A stretch of DNA of 64,000 bases from Calditrichales bacterium (GTDB lineage Bacteria; Calditrichota; Calditrichia; Calditrichales; J004). Location: positions 1,632,001 to 1,696,000 of the forward strand of contig OZ254086.1 of NCBI GenBank assembly GCA_965267575.1, in the 5' to 3' direction. Each line of letters opens with the position of its first letter. Position 1 is the stretch's first letter. Made by a program: the position numbers and the translations under genes. The notes beneath the pieces were generated by a model that saw only the letters and a program-made list of their open reading frames with translations, was not told the origin of the DNA and did no database searches. This document shows positions 46,853 through 56,953 of this stretch, piece by piece.

Positions 46853-49327
46853 ATGCATAAAATCTGTGCTTTTTTGTTTCTTGTTTCGATTGTATTCACC
46901 GCTGATTTTGCTTATTCGCAGCCGGTTACCTCCTACAGCCATGATGCGATCCAACGGGACCTGCAGCGGCTCAAAGTGCTGGGCTCTGTTCTGTATGTGG
47001 CTGCCCACCCCGATGATGAGAACCAGGCTGTGCTGGCTTACATGAACAAAGGGCGTCTGTTGCGCTCGGCCTATCTTTCGCTTACCCGCGGCGACGGCGG
47101 ACAAAACCTGCTTGGCAGTGAGCAGGGCGCATTATTGGGCGTTATGCGCACGGGCGAACTTCTTGCCGCCCGTTCCGTGGATGGCGCCGGACAGTTTTTT
47201 TCGCGTGCCGTCGATTTTGGTTACTCCAAATCCACCGATGAAACACTACGCTTCTGGGGCCACGAGGCGATTCTTTCCGACGTGGTGCGTGTTATCCGCA
47301 CCTTCCGGCCGGATGTCATTGTAACCCGTTTTTCCGAAGAGCAGGGCCGTCACGGGCACCACCTGGCTTCGGCTGTTTTAGCAAAAGAAGCATTTGACGC
47401 CGCCGGCGACCCTTACCGCTTCAATGAACATTTTGCCGACGGGCTGAGGCCCTGGAGCCCAAAGCGACTTGTCTGGAACAGCTGGCAGCCGGACCAGGCC
47501 ACGGCAAGTGTCACCTCGCTGGATTTGGGCGCATACGATCAGCTGCTTGGCCGTTCCTACATGGAGCTGGCTGCTTTTGCCCGCACTATGCACAAAAGTC
47601 AGGGCTTTGGCGCCACGCCATTTAGGGGTAGCTACGAAAACTTTTTTGAACATACCACTGGTACAGCCGCCGAGAAAGATCTGCTGGAAGGCATCGACCT
47701 GACCTGGCAACGCGCCGCTTTGCCCCAAATGGAGGCTATGGCCGATAAAGCAATCGCCGCATTTGAAAAAGACGGACCACGGGCAGCGATAGCGCCGTTG
47801 CTGGAGATGTATGAAGCGCTGCAGGAACACGAGGACAACTGGTGGGCCCAGGTGAAATCGATAGAGATTCGCGATCTGCTGCTGCGTTGCAGCGGCTTGT
47901 GGCTGGAAGCACTCAGCAGCGACAAGGAGTCCGTCGCCGGTGCGGAGGTTAAGTTGGAACTACGGGCCGTCAACCGTTCGGATGCAGATGTTGAGCTGCA
48001 GAACGCCTCAGTCAACGGCGTGGCCAAATGGGATTCGTCCTTTTCGGCAAAGCTGCAAGATAACCAACCCTGGGAAACCAAAACGAGCGTGACGGTTGCT
48101 GAAGATGCCGCTTACAGCCAACCCTTTTGGCTGAAGAATCCGGCAGCCGGCGCACTCTACGATGTGCCCGAAGGACAAATGGCCATTATGCCCCAGGCTC
48201 CGCCCGCTTTACAGGCTGTTTTTTCTGTGCGCTTTGGTGATGTTGAAATTAATTACACGCAGGATGTTTTGTATCACCGCAACGACGCCACGCGAGGCGC
48301 GGTTTATGCGCCTTTTGCTGTCGTGCCCGAAATTGATTTGGCCGTGGCTGACCCCGTTTACCTGTTTGCCTCAGAAAACGAAAAGGAAATCCACGTGCGG
48401 GTGCATTCCGCTCTACAAGAGTCGGCGGCAACAATAAAGCTGCAAACGCCGCAAGGCTGGCAGGTAACACCGGCGCAAATGGAGCTGCAGTTTAACGGCG
48501 CGGGCGAGCATACCGTGATCTTTACACTCAAACCCGGTCCGCAGGCCCAAAACGGCAGGTTGCTGGCCATCGCCGAAAGCAACGGTAAGCGCTTTGACCA
48601 GAGCCTGACCCGCATCGACTACGAACACATCAGCGAGCGGGTGGTGCTGCAACCGGCGGAGGCGCGGCTGGTAAAGATAAACGCCACCATTCCTCCTAAA
48701 AAGATCGGTTACATCATGGGCTCCGGAGATGAGATTCCCGCGGTGTTGCAGCAAATCGGCATGGAGGTGACGCTGCTGCAAAACGGAGATATCAACGCCG
48801 AAAATCTGGCCGCTTACGACGCGGTGATCTGCGGGGTGCGCGCTTTTAACGTCAATGAGGGTCTGGCCGAAAAGCAGGACGAATTGCTCAGCTATGTGCG
48901 CGACAGCGGCACCTGGATCGTGCAGCACAACACCCGTTTTGGCCGCAGCGTGCCGCAGATTGGTCCTTACCCCTTTGAAGCTACCGGCCGCTACCGCGTC
49001 TCCGATGAAACGGCCGCCATCGAAATGCTTGACCCGCAACACCCGCTGCTGAACTACCCCAATAAAATTTCACAAGCCGATTTTGAAGGCTGGGTGCAGG
49101 AACGCGGCCTCTATTTTGCCACCGAGTGGGACAGCAGTTACAGCACGCTGCTGGCGTCTGCCGACCCCGGTGAACCGCCGCGGCTTGGCGGACTTCTGTA
49201 CGCGCCTGTGGGTAAGGGTGTTTTCATTTTTACCGCCTACTCCTGGTTCCGGCAGTTGCCGGCCGGTGTGCCCGGCGCTATCCGCCTGTTTACCAACCTG
49301 GTTGCCGCGGGAGACGCTCATGAGTGA
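46853..49327 (+). CDS. Secreted PIG-L/LmbE-family deacetylase with Ig-like and GATase-like C-terminal domains
   Basis: AHPDDE, TRGDGGQN, DFGYSK, HGHH, HKSQG, WVQERG, RQLPAG. Confidence 0.88.
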   Translation: MHKICAFLFLVSIVFTADFAYSQPVTSYSHDAIQRDLQRLKVLGSVLYVAAHPDDENQAVLAYMNKGRLLRSAYLSLTRGDGGQNLLGSEQGALLGVMRTGELLAARSVDGAGQFFSRAVDFGYSKSTDETLRFWGHEAILSDVVRVIRTFRPDVIVTRFSEEQGRHGHHLASAVLAKEAFDAAGDPYRFNEHFADGLRPWSPKRLVWNSWQPDQATASVTSLDLGAYDQLLGRSYMELAAFARTMHKSQGFGATPFRGSYENFFEHTTGTAAEKDLLEGIDLTWQRAALPQMEAMADKAIAAFEKDGPRAAIAPLLEMYEALQEHEDNWWAQVKSIEIRDLLLRCSGLWLEALSSDKESVAGAEVKLELRAVNRSDADVELQNASVNGVAKWDSSFSAKLQDNQPWETKTSVTVAEDAAYSQPFWLKNPAAGALYDVPEGQMAIMPQAPPALQAVFSVRFGDVEINYTQDVLYHRNDATRGAVYAPFAVVPEIDLAVADPVYLFASENEKEIHVRVHSALQESAATIKLQTPQGWQVTPAQMELQFNGAGEHTVIFTLKPGPQAQNGRLLAIAESNGKRFDQSLTRIDYEHISERVVLQPAEARLVKINATIPPKKIGYIMGSGDEIPAVLQQIGMEVTLLQNGDINAENLAAYDAVICGVRAFNVNEGLAEKQDELLSYVRDSGTWIVQHNTRFGRSVPQIGPYPFEATGRYRVSDETAAIEMLDPQHPLLNYPNKISQADFEGWVQERGLYFATEWDSSYSTLLASADPGEPPRLGGLLYAPVGKGVFIFTAYSWFRQLPAGVPGAIRLFTNLVAAGDAHE

Positions 49328-49442
49328 CAAACCCGAAAAGAAAATTCCGCTCGGTTCATGGAAGCGCATGTACGCCCTCGTGCTGGGCAACCTGGTTTTC
49401 CTGATCTTCCTGTTCTACCTCTTCCGGAGCCTGTTTGAATGA
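49320..49442 (+). CDS. 40-aa single-TM peptide preceding the SSS transporter
   Basis: MSDKPEKKIPLGSWKRMYALVLGNLVFLIFLFYLFRSLFE; overlaps both neighbours. Confidence 0.7.
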   Translation: MSDKPEKKIPLGSWKRMYALVLGNLVFLIFLFYLFRSLFE

Positions 49443-51136
49443 CGACACTTGACTGGCTGGTAATGGGCGGCTTCCTGGCGTTTATCGTGGCATTTGGCAC
49501 GTGGCGCAGCCGCCGCAGCGAAAACCTGCAGGACTTTATGCTGGCCGGGCGCAAAACCGCCTGGTTCACGGTCACCCTTTCGATCATGGCCACACAGGCC
49601 AGCGCTATCACTTTTCTTTCTACCCCGGGCCAGGCTTTTGTGGACGGCATGCGCTTTGTGCAATTCTACATCGGGCTGCCCGTGGCGATGGTTATTCTAA
49701 GCATCACCGCCGTGCCCATTTTTCACAAGCTGAGCGTCATCACCGCTTACGAGTACCTGGAAAGCCGCTTTGATCTCAAGAACCGTGCTTTGGCCGCTTT
49801 ACTTTTTTTGACACAACGCGGACTGGCGGCCGGCTTCACCATCCTCGCCCCGTCGCTTATTCTCTCCGTGATCCTGGGCTGGGATATTGATTACACCATC
49901 ATCGCTATCGGTATCCTGGTGATTATTTACACAGCCAGCGGCGGCAGCGACGCGGTGAACAAAACCCACCTGCTGCAGATGACGGTCATTTTTTTCGGGA
50001 TGATGGCGGCCTTTCTTACGATTTACCTGAAGCTGCCCGCGGATATTTCGCCGCTGGATGCCGCGCACGTGGCGGGTAAACTGGGTCGTCTCAACGCCAT
50101 CGATTTTTCATTTAATTTAAGCGATCGCTACACCTTCTGGTCGGGGCTTATTGGCGGCACCTTCCTGGCCCTCAGCTACTTCGGCACGGACCAGTCGCAG
50201 GTGCAGCGCTATCTTTCCGGCTCTTCTGTACGCGAAAGCCGCATGGGCCTGCTGATGAACGGCATGGTCAAGATCCCGATGCAGTTTATCATCCTGTTCA
50301 TCGGGGCGATGGTGTTTGTGTTTTACCAGTTCAGTGCGCCGCCGCTTTACTTCAACCCGGTGGAAGAAGAGCAGGTTTACCAGTCCGATTACGCCGGGCA
50401 ATACAGCAATCTGCGCGATGAATATGACGCCCTGCACGAAACCCGCCAGGACGAATTGCGGGCCATGTTGAACGCGAAGGAACAGGGCAATGAAGCCGGG
50501 ATGCGCACACACCAGCAAAAGGCGCTGGCACTGCAGGATCAGGCGCAGGGTCTAAAAAACGAAGCGGTGGAAATCATCAAAAAAGCCAACCCCGATTCCG
50601 ACGGCAATGACACCAACTACATTTTCCTCACTTTTGTGATCGGTTTTTTACCCGTCGGACTGATCGGTCTTGTACTGGCGGCGATTCTCTCAGCCTCCAT
50701 GTCATCCACCTCCGCGGAGCTGAACGCGCTGGCCTCTACCACCGTGGTGGATATCTACAAACGGATGATCCGCAAGGACGCGCCGGATAAGCATTATGTT
50801 ATCATTTCCAAAACGGCCACTATTTTCTGGGGCTTTTACGGCATCGGTTTTGCCCTGTTTGCCAACAGCCTGGGCACGCTGATCGAGGCGGTTAATATTC
50901 TTGGCTCGCTGTTTTACGGAACAATACTGGGTATCTTTCTCGTTGCCTTCTATGTGAAACGCGTGGGTGGCATGGCCACATTCTGGGCGGCGGTTATCGC
51001 GGAAACAGCGGTGTTGCTGCTGTTCTTTTTCAGCGACCTGCCATACCTGTGGTTTAATTTTGTGGGCTGTTTATTAGTAGTAGTTATGGCGTTGCTGCTT
51101 CAACCTTTTGTTTCCCGGAATTCTTCAAGCCACTAA
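49439..51136 (+). CDS. Sodium:solute symporter family protein
   Basis: ATQASAITFL, TAYEYLESRF, GTDQSQVQRY, SASMSS; many TM helices. Confidence 0.93.
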   Translation: MTTLDWLVMGGFLAFIVAFGTWRSRRSENLQDFMLAGRKTAWFTVTLSIMATQASAITFLSTPGQAFVDGMRFVQFYIGLPVAMVILSITAVPIFHKLSVITAYEYLESRFDLKNRALAALLFLTQRGLAAGFTILAPSLILSVILGWDIDYTIIAIGILVIIYTASGGSDAVNKTHLLQMTVIFFGMMAAFLTIYLKLPADISPLDAAHVAGKLGRLNAIDFSFNLSDRYTFWSGLIGGTFLALSYFGTDQSQVQRYLSGSSVRESRMGLLMNGMVKIPMQFIILFIGAMVFVFYQFSAPPLYFNPVEEEQVYQSDYAGQYSNLRDEYDALHETRQDELRAMLNAKEQGNEAGMRTHQQKALALQDQAQGLKNEAVEIIKKANPDSDGNDTNYIFLTFVIGFLPVGLIGLVLAAILSASMSSTSAELNALASTTVVDIYKRMIRKDAPDKHYVIISKTATIFWGFYGIGFALFANSLGTLIEAVNILGSLFYGTILGIFLVAFYVKRVGGMATFWAAVIAETAVLLLFFFSDLPYLWFNFVGCLLVVVMALLLQPFVSRNSSSH

Positions 51137-51177
51137 GAAGCACTCGTTTCGGCAACTGTAACAGGCAAAAATTATTC

Positions 51178-52641
51178 ATGACTTCATTATTGTCGAGGGT
51201 AAAAAACGCCCTTTCATTTTGCTCTTTTTTTATGGCATTCTTGCTCGTGGTGCCAGTCTTTGGAAGCGAAAAGCTGCACCATTACAACGTGCAACTCTCA
51301 GAAGACAGGCAGACCCTGACGGTTGAAGCACATTTTGCCGGCAGCTTTCCGCGCGTTTTGCATGCCGCTGAAGATGAAGCTTCCGATTACCTGCTTTACA
51401 TGCGTGTAATAACGCAACATGATACCATCTATTTTGAACCCGAGGGTGACAGGGTGTTTTTCCGGCGGATAGCAGCCGGCGTGCGGCTGGAATACGCCGT
51501 TGATATAGCCCGGGCTTTGCGGCATGGTGGCAGGGGCGGCGCGCGGAAGGTGGGTAACGATTTTCTGCTTCCACCCAAGCTTTGGCTGTGGCGTCCTGCT
51601 GGTCTGCGCGAAAACGAAGATATTGAGATCCGTTTTAATCTGCCCCGCGGAACCAAGGCCTCTGTGCCGTGGCGCGCCGTTGGCACCAACCGTTACCGCG
51701 TGGGACAGAGCCCCTACTACTGGCCGGCGCAGGTCGCCTTTGGCTCTTTTCACAGCGATACGCTGGATATCCCCGGTTCCCGTCTTTACATGGCTGTACT
51801 CGATGGCGACCCCGACCCCGATCCGCAGGATATGCGCAAATGGATACAAAACGCGGCGGAATCTGTCTGTGCTATTTATGACAGTTATCCTTATCCACAG
51901 GTGCAGATTTTGATCATTCCCGGGCGGCGCAGCAGGGAGGCGGTGCCTTTTGCCATGGTCGTTCGCGGTGGCGGCCTGGCCGTGCATTTTTACATCGATC
52001 CGTCACGGCCGCTGAGCGAATTTATCAACGACTGGACGGCCACCCACGAATTGTGCCACGGTGTGCTTCCTTATGTTTACCGTGATGATGCCTGGCTTTC
52101 CGAGGGTATGGCCACCTATTACCAGTACATTCTGATGGGGCGTGACCGGCGCCTGAGCGAACAGCGCACCTGGCAGAAAATTTATGACGGCTTCCGTCGC
52201 GGTATCCGCAACGCCACCGGTGAAACGTTGCACAAAAGCGCCGATGACATGTACCGCTTACGCGCCTTCCGCTATGTTTACTGGAGCGGTGCCGCCATTT
52301 TGTTAAGGGCGGATGTGGAGCTACGTTCACAAACCAACGGAAAGTGGAGCCTTGACAAGGTCCTGGAAAAGGCTGGCAAAGAGGCCCTATCCGAAAAGCG
52401 CGCCTGGCATGCCCGTGAGCTTGTGCAAATCATGGATCGCGTCAGTGGCACGGACGTGTTTGGCGATCTTTATAGCCGTTACCTGTTTTCGAAGATATTT
52501 CCTGTAGACGAGGAGTGGCTGGCGCTGTTGGGCGTAAATGTGATTGACGGCCGTGTTTACCTGGACGACAAAGCGCCGCTGGCCGACATACGCCGGCAGA
52601 TAACACGCCGGGCAGCGACTTTCCCCGCCGCCACCGATTGA
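51178..52641 (+). CDS. Secreted gluzincin metallopeptidase (M61/M1-like)
   Basis: Signal peptide; HELCH (HExxH); WLSEG third ligand; VYWSGA. Confidence 0.7.
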   Translation: MTSLLSRVKNALSFCSFFMAFLLVVPVFGSEKLHHYNVQLSEDRQTLTVEAHFAGSFPRVLHAAEDEASDYLLYMRVITQHDTIYFEPEGDRVFFRRIAAGVRLEYAVDIARALRHGGRGGARKVGNDFLLPPKLWLWRPAGLRENEDIEIRFNLPRGTKASVPWRAVGTNRYRVGQSPYYWPAQVAFGSFHSDTLDIPGSRLYMAVLDGDPDPDPQDMRKWIQNAAESVCAIYDSYPYPQVQILIIPGRRSREAVPFAMVVRGGGLAVHFYIDPSRPLSEFINDWTATHELCHGVLPYVYRDDAWLSEGMATYYQYILMGRDRRLSEQRTWQKIYDGFRRGIRNATGETLHKSADDMYRLRAFRYVYWSGAAILLRADVELRSQTNGKWSLDKVLEKAGKEALSEKRAWHARELVQIMDRVSGTDVFGDLYSRYLFSKIFPVDEEWLALLGVNVIDGRVYLDDKAPLADIRRQITRRAATFPAATD

Positions 52642-52815
52642 TCCCGTGGTTTCATTTTGGCAAATGCACAGGACAAGCCTTATATTACGCGGCTCAAAAT
52701 GAACGTGTAAATGTGTTTTGGTGTTAAGGTGTTAAAGTACTAAACGTGTGTGATTTTCAATAACGATACCCTAAATCATTATTTCACCAATTTAAAAATC
52801 CAAGCCATAAAGAAA

Positions 52816-53748
52816 ATGATTGAAAACAACCCAAATTTCGTCGTACTGGCCATTTACAAATTTGCAAAGCTGGATGACCCGCGCGCCTTGCGTGACGCGT
52901 GGCGTCCGTTTTTTGTAAAGCACGGCATACTTGGCACGATGATCCTGGCCGGTGAAGGCATCAACGGCACTATCTCCGGCAGCCGCGAGGCTATTGACGC
53001 ATTTTACCGGGTGCTGCGTGAGGACGGACGTTTTGACGCCGCGGAAATGAAAGAGTCTTATGCCGCCGAAAATCCCTTTTATCGTTTGAAAGTGCCGGTG
53101 AAAAAGGAGATTGTTAATTTGCAGAGCGGGGAGGCTGACCCCACCGAGGTCGTTGGTACTTATGTGGAGCCTGAGAAGTGGAACGATTTGATCAGCGCGC
53201 CGGATGTGAAGGTGATTGACACGCGCAATGATTTTGAGTTTGACGTCGGCACCTTTGAAGGGGCAATCAATCCCCGGACGGAATCATTTTCGGATTTTCC
53301 GGAATACGTTTCACAGCACCTTGATCCAAAACGCGACAAGCGCATTGCCATGTTTTGCACTGGCGGAATCCGCTGCGAAAAGGCCACCTCCTACCTTAAA
53401 AAACGGGGCTTTGAGGACGTTTACCATCTGCGTGGTGGTATTTTGAAATACCTGGAAAAAGTACCGGCAGAGCAGAGTAAATGGCAAGGTGAATGCTTCG
53501 TCTTCGATAACCGCGTGGCGCTGACGCATGGCTTGCAAAAGGGCGATTATGAATTGTGCCACGGTTGCGGAAACCCGGTAAGTGCGCAGGACAGGCTCTC
53601 CCCGGATTATGAAGAGGGCGTAAGCTGTCCTAAATGCCGCAAAGACCTCAGCGTTGAAAAGCTGCAATCCAACCGGGAAAGACAACGCCAGGTTAAACTG
53701 GCCCGCGAGCGCGGCGAGCAACACATCGGCCATAAGGTGCCGGAGTGA
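52816..53748 (+). CDS. trhO: tRNA U34 hydroxylase TrhO (rhodanese-related)
   Basis: EGINGT, DTRNDFE..GTF, CTGGIRCEKA, GGILKY, CFVFDNR. Confidence 0.92.
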   Translation: MIENNPNFVVLAIYKFAKLDDPRALRDAWRPFFVKHGILGTMILAGEGINGTISGSREAIDAFYRVLREDGRFDAAEMKESYAAENPFYRLKVPVKKEIVNLQSGEADPTEVVGTYVEPEKWNDLISAPDVKVIDTRNDFEFDVGTFEGAINPRTESFSDFPEYVSQHLDPKRDKRIAMFCTGGIRCEKATSYLKKRGFEDVYHLRGGILKYLEKVPAEQSKWQGECFVFDNRVALTHGLQKGDYELCHGCGNPVSAQDRLSPDYEEGVSCPKCRKDLSVEKLQSNRERQRQVKLARERGEQHIGHKVPE

Positions 53749-53840
53749 TGAGGTTTTTCGTCGAACTATTGAACTGCTGATTTCAATGTCATTTCGGTTA
53801 ACCATTTTTTGCCGTGAGCTATCCACGCAATATGAGCATC

Positions 53841-53940
53841 AGACCCCGGCGCGGGGGCCGGGGTGACATTCATCGCTTAATTCTGTCATCCCGATTGGCA
53901 TCTTTTTGCCACACCGGGATTCCGTGCCTGACCCGGGTCA
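53841..53940. repeat. Cluster of REP-like palindromes (GTCATCCCG / CCGGGRTGAC type)
   Basis: GACCCCGGC-GCGGGG-GCCGGGGTGAC and TCTGTCATCCCG...CACACCGGGAT; related inverted copy at 44381-44420. Confidence 0.55.
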
Positions 53941-54054
53941 TGGTGGCGGCAGCAAAAAGTCCACCCCACCACCCGGACACATATTGACGCTTGCCCTTTT
54001 AAAGTTTGGATAATTTGTTTATTATTCTTTTTTGTTTATCCAACCACAGCGCGT

Positions 54055-55749
54055 ATGTCCGAAAACTATCCGCTAACCGGGAACGAAGAGAAGAAGATAC
54101 TGGGTTTTTACAAAAACCTTTTTCAGTATCCTAATGTCTATCTTTTTCCGCTTGTAAACGGTCGCAGCATGGAGCCGGAACTGGCCCTTGGCGATGACCC
54201 GCTTCCGCCGTTTTTCCCCGACAGTCCCATTGATTGGATTAACTATTACCAGAAAGTGTTGCTGCCTTCAAACAGCGAAGAACAAGGCGCTATCGGTGCC
54301 TTTTTTGAACACTTCGATCTGGATATGTTGTGTCCCATCCGCATGAACGGTACCTGTTTCGGTTTTCTGGGTATCAACGCGCGTGGCAAGCCGCTCAATC
54401 ACCTGGAACAGCAAATCGCCGGCTTGATCGTTCGCTACCTTGGCACGTTATGGACCAACCGCCGCCTGGTAGAAGATATCCGCACGAACGCCTCCAAAAC
54501 GGAAACCCTGCTGATGGAGATCAGCACGCTGCTCGAGGTAAACCAGGCCATCGAGAGCGGCGGCGAAATCCAGAGCGTTCTGGAAACGATCATGGAAAAG
54601 TGCATGGATGTGCTGAAAGTGGAAGCCGTATCTTTGCTGTTACTTACCGAAAATAAAAAGGAATTGGAGTTCCGCGTGGCTCTGGGTCCGCGTGGCAAAG
54701 AGGTGCAGCGCTACCGCGTCAAGGTCGGCCAGGGCATTGCCGGCACGGTGGCCAAAACAGGCAAGCCACTTCTGATTCCCGATGCCTACTCGGACAAGCG
54801 TTTTGACCGCAGCTTCGACCTGAAAAGCGGCTTCCGCACGCGCAGCATTTTGTGCATGCCGCTGACTTATCGTGGTACGCGACTGGGCGTTGTGCAGGCC
54901 CTGAACCGTTTTGACGGCAAGCCCTTCGGCGATGAAGATCTGCGCTCGTTCAACCTGTTTACGCGCCAGGCCGCACTGGCAATCGTTAACGCGCGATTGC
55001 TCTACCAGGCCATGCGCAAAAAAGAGCTGGAAAACCAGTTAACCGTAGCTTCGGAAATACAGCGGCTGATCGTGCCCAAACAGCTGCCCAAATTCGACGA
55101 TCTCGATGTGAGCGGCTATTACCGTCCCAGCCAGCAGATTGGCGGCGACTTCTACAGCGTGATCCGGCTTAATGACAATCAAACCGTTTTTTGCGTTGCC
55201 GATGTGGCCGGCAAAAGCGTACCGGGAGCCCTGCTGGTTTCTACTTTGCATTCCACCCTTAACGCCTACCTGGAATTCAGTAATGACCTGGAAGAGATTG
55301 TCAACCGGCTCAACACACGCATCATGAAGATGTCGACAAGTGACCGCTTTATTACGCTGTTTCTGGCCCTGTACGATCGAAAAGAAGAAGCACTCAGCTA
55401 CATCAGCGCCGGTCACAATCCGCAATTCCTGATGCACCGGCCTTTTGAAATCCGCCGTCTGACGTCCACGGGCATCTGTATAGGCATAACCCCTTTTGCC
55501 TATAAAGCAAAAACGGTCTCCTTAAATGAGGATGATATTCTTGTTATGTACACCGATGGTTTTGTCGAGGGGCGCAACAACGACGGCGACGCATTCGGTG
55601 AAAAACGGCTGGAAAAAATTCTTTACGAAAACGCCGATCGACCGGCCGGCTATATCATCGATCAGATCGTCAGCACCTTCAACGATTTCTGCCGCACTCC
55701 ATCCGACGACCTCACCTTACTGGTTGTAAAAAAAATTAAATCCCAATAA
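54055..55749 (+). CDS. GAF plus PP2C (SpoIIE/RsbU-like) phosphatase
   Basis: GAF (GQGIAG, FRTRSILCMPL); GGDFY, ADVAGK, AGH, YTDG, DDLT. Confidence 0.9.
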   Translation: MSENYPLTGNEEKKILGFYKNLFQYPNVYLFPLVNGRSMEPELALGDDPLPPFFPDSPIDWINYYQKVLLPSNSEEQGAIGAFFEHFDLDMLCPIRMNGTCFGFLGINARGKPLNHLEQQIAGLIVRYLGTLWTNRRLVEDIRTNASKTETLLMEISTLLEVNQAIESGGEIQSVLETIMEKCMDVLKVEAVSLLLLTENKKELEFRVALGPRGKEVQRYRVKVGQGIAGTVAKTGKPLLIPDAYSDKRFDRSFDLKSGFRTRSILCMPLTYRGTRLGVVQALNRFDGKPFGDEDLRSFNLFTRQAALAIVNARLLYQAMRKKELENQLTVASEIQRLIVPKQLPKFDDLDVSGYYRPSQQIGGDFYSVIRLNDNQTVFCVADVAGKSVPGALLVSTLHSTLNAYLEFSNDLEEIVNRLNTRIMKMSTSDRFITLFLALYDRKEEALSYISAGHNPQFLMHRPFEIRRLTSTGICIGITPFAYKAKTVSLNEDDILVMYTDGFVEGRNNDGDAFGEKRLEKILYENADRPAGYIIDQIVSTFNDFCRTPSDDLTLLVVKKIKSQ

Positions 55750-55775
55750 ACCTTTTTGCCGCATTTACTGTCCTA
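55747..55775 (+). promoter_or_regulatory. Putative autoregulatory ECF promoter
   Basis: TAAACC-N16-TGTC immediately upstream of the ECF sigma gene. Confidence 0.45.
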
Positions 55776-55802
55776 TAATTAAAAACAGAAACCGGTTTTC
55801 TT

Positions 55803-56354
55803 TTGATTACACCTTTGTCGCGATCCGTGCAAAACGGGGCCGTTGACCGCCGGCAGGAAGAGCGTATCCTGCGTGGTTGTCGCTCCGGTAAACGCGAGGC
55901 TTTTAAAGAGCTGTACTATTGTTACAGTCCCATGCTCTACAACATAGCCTTGCGTTTGCTCGGTCGCCGCGATGACGCGGAAGATGCGCTGCATAATTGC
56001 TTTATCCGGCTGTATCGTTACATCGGGAAGTTTGAGGGGCGCTCTTCACTGCGCAGTTACATCACGCGGATATTGATCCACTGCTGCTACGATATCGCGG
56101 CAAAACGAAAGGAAAACAGCGGAGATGCCCTGCCTGAAGTGCTATCGCTTCCGGCGGAGAGGCCGCTTTGGGAACTTGAAAAAGCGCTGACGCAATTGCC
56201 CGAAAAAATGCGTGAATGTTTTGTGCTTTTTGCGCTGGAGGGCTTTGCGCAGCAGGAGATCGCGGACATGCTTGAAATAAGCGTCGGTACAGTGAAGGCG
56301 CACATCCATCAGGCCCGGGCGCGCCTGAAAGATTTACTGGAATTGCAGGAGTAG
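55803..56354 (+). CDS. ECF RNA polymerase sigma factor
   Basis: DAEDAL, FEGRSSL, EIADML..SVGTVKAHIHQAR; exact start uncertain. Confidence 0.9.
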   Translation: MITPLSRSVQNGAVDRRQEERILRGCRSGKREAFKELYYCYSPMLYNIALRLLGRRDDAEDALHNCFIRLYRYIGKFEGRSSLRSYITRILIHCCYDIAAKRKENSGDALPEVLSLPAERPLWELEKALTQLPEKMRECFVLFALEGFAQQEIADMLEISVGTVKAHIHQARARLKDLLELQE

Positions 56355-56356
56355 CC

Positions 56357-56953
56357 ATGCTATGTGAACATTGCCGCAACGGTACTTTGCACACGATGAG
56401 TAACAGCGATCGCGAGCAGCATATTGCCCGCTGTGCCTGGTGTGCCGACAGCACCGCGGACGCAAAGCTGGACGAGTTGTTGCGTAAACTAGAACGCCCT
56501 TTGCCCGCCCCGGATATCTGGGCGCGCATAGAAAAGGAGCTGCCGCAAAAGCGGTCTTCCGGGCCTCTCTTTGTTGTATTAAAAGCCGCGGCGGTGATTC
56601 TGGTTGTTGCCCTGGCGGCTCTGCTGCTTTTACCGCAGGATGATGCCGACGGCCGGCTGTTTACCTGGAGCAGCTCACAGCGCGCACAATGGTATGAACA
56701 GCAATACAGCAAAGCGATCGCGGAAATGGAAAAAGAGATCGGTCCGCAGATAGCGGAGATGCCGCTGGAGTTGTCCTTGTTGTACCGCGACAGGCTGGCC
56801 GTGATCGATATGCAGATCGAAGCCTGCCGCCGAACGCTGGAATTGGAACCGGGCAATGTGACCGCGCATCGCTATTTGCTGGCCGCCATGAAAGAGAAAA
56901 AAGAGACACTAAAAGAGATAGAAAAGACACTGAGAAATTCGGAGGATGTATGA
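56357..56953 (+). CDS. Anti-sigma factor (ZAS-like HxxxCxxC, one TM)
   Basis: HIARCAWC, DIWARI, TM helix, helical periplasmic tail. Confidence 0.75.
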   Translation: MLCEHCRNGTLHTMSNSDREQHIARCAWCADSTADAKLDELLRKLERPLPAPDIWARIEKELPQKRSSGPLFVVLKAAAVILVVALAALLLLPQDDADGRLFTWSSSQRAQWYEQQYSKAIAEMEKEIGPQIAEMPLELSLLYRDRLAVIDMQIEACRRTLELEPGNVTAHRYLLAAMKEKKETLKEIEKTLRNSEDV

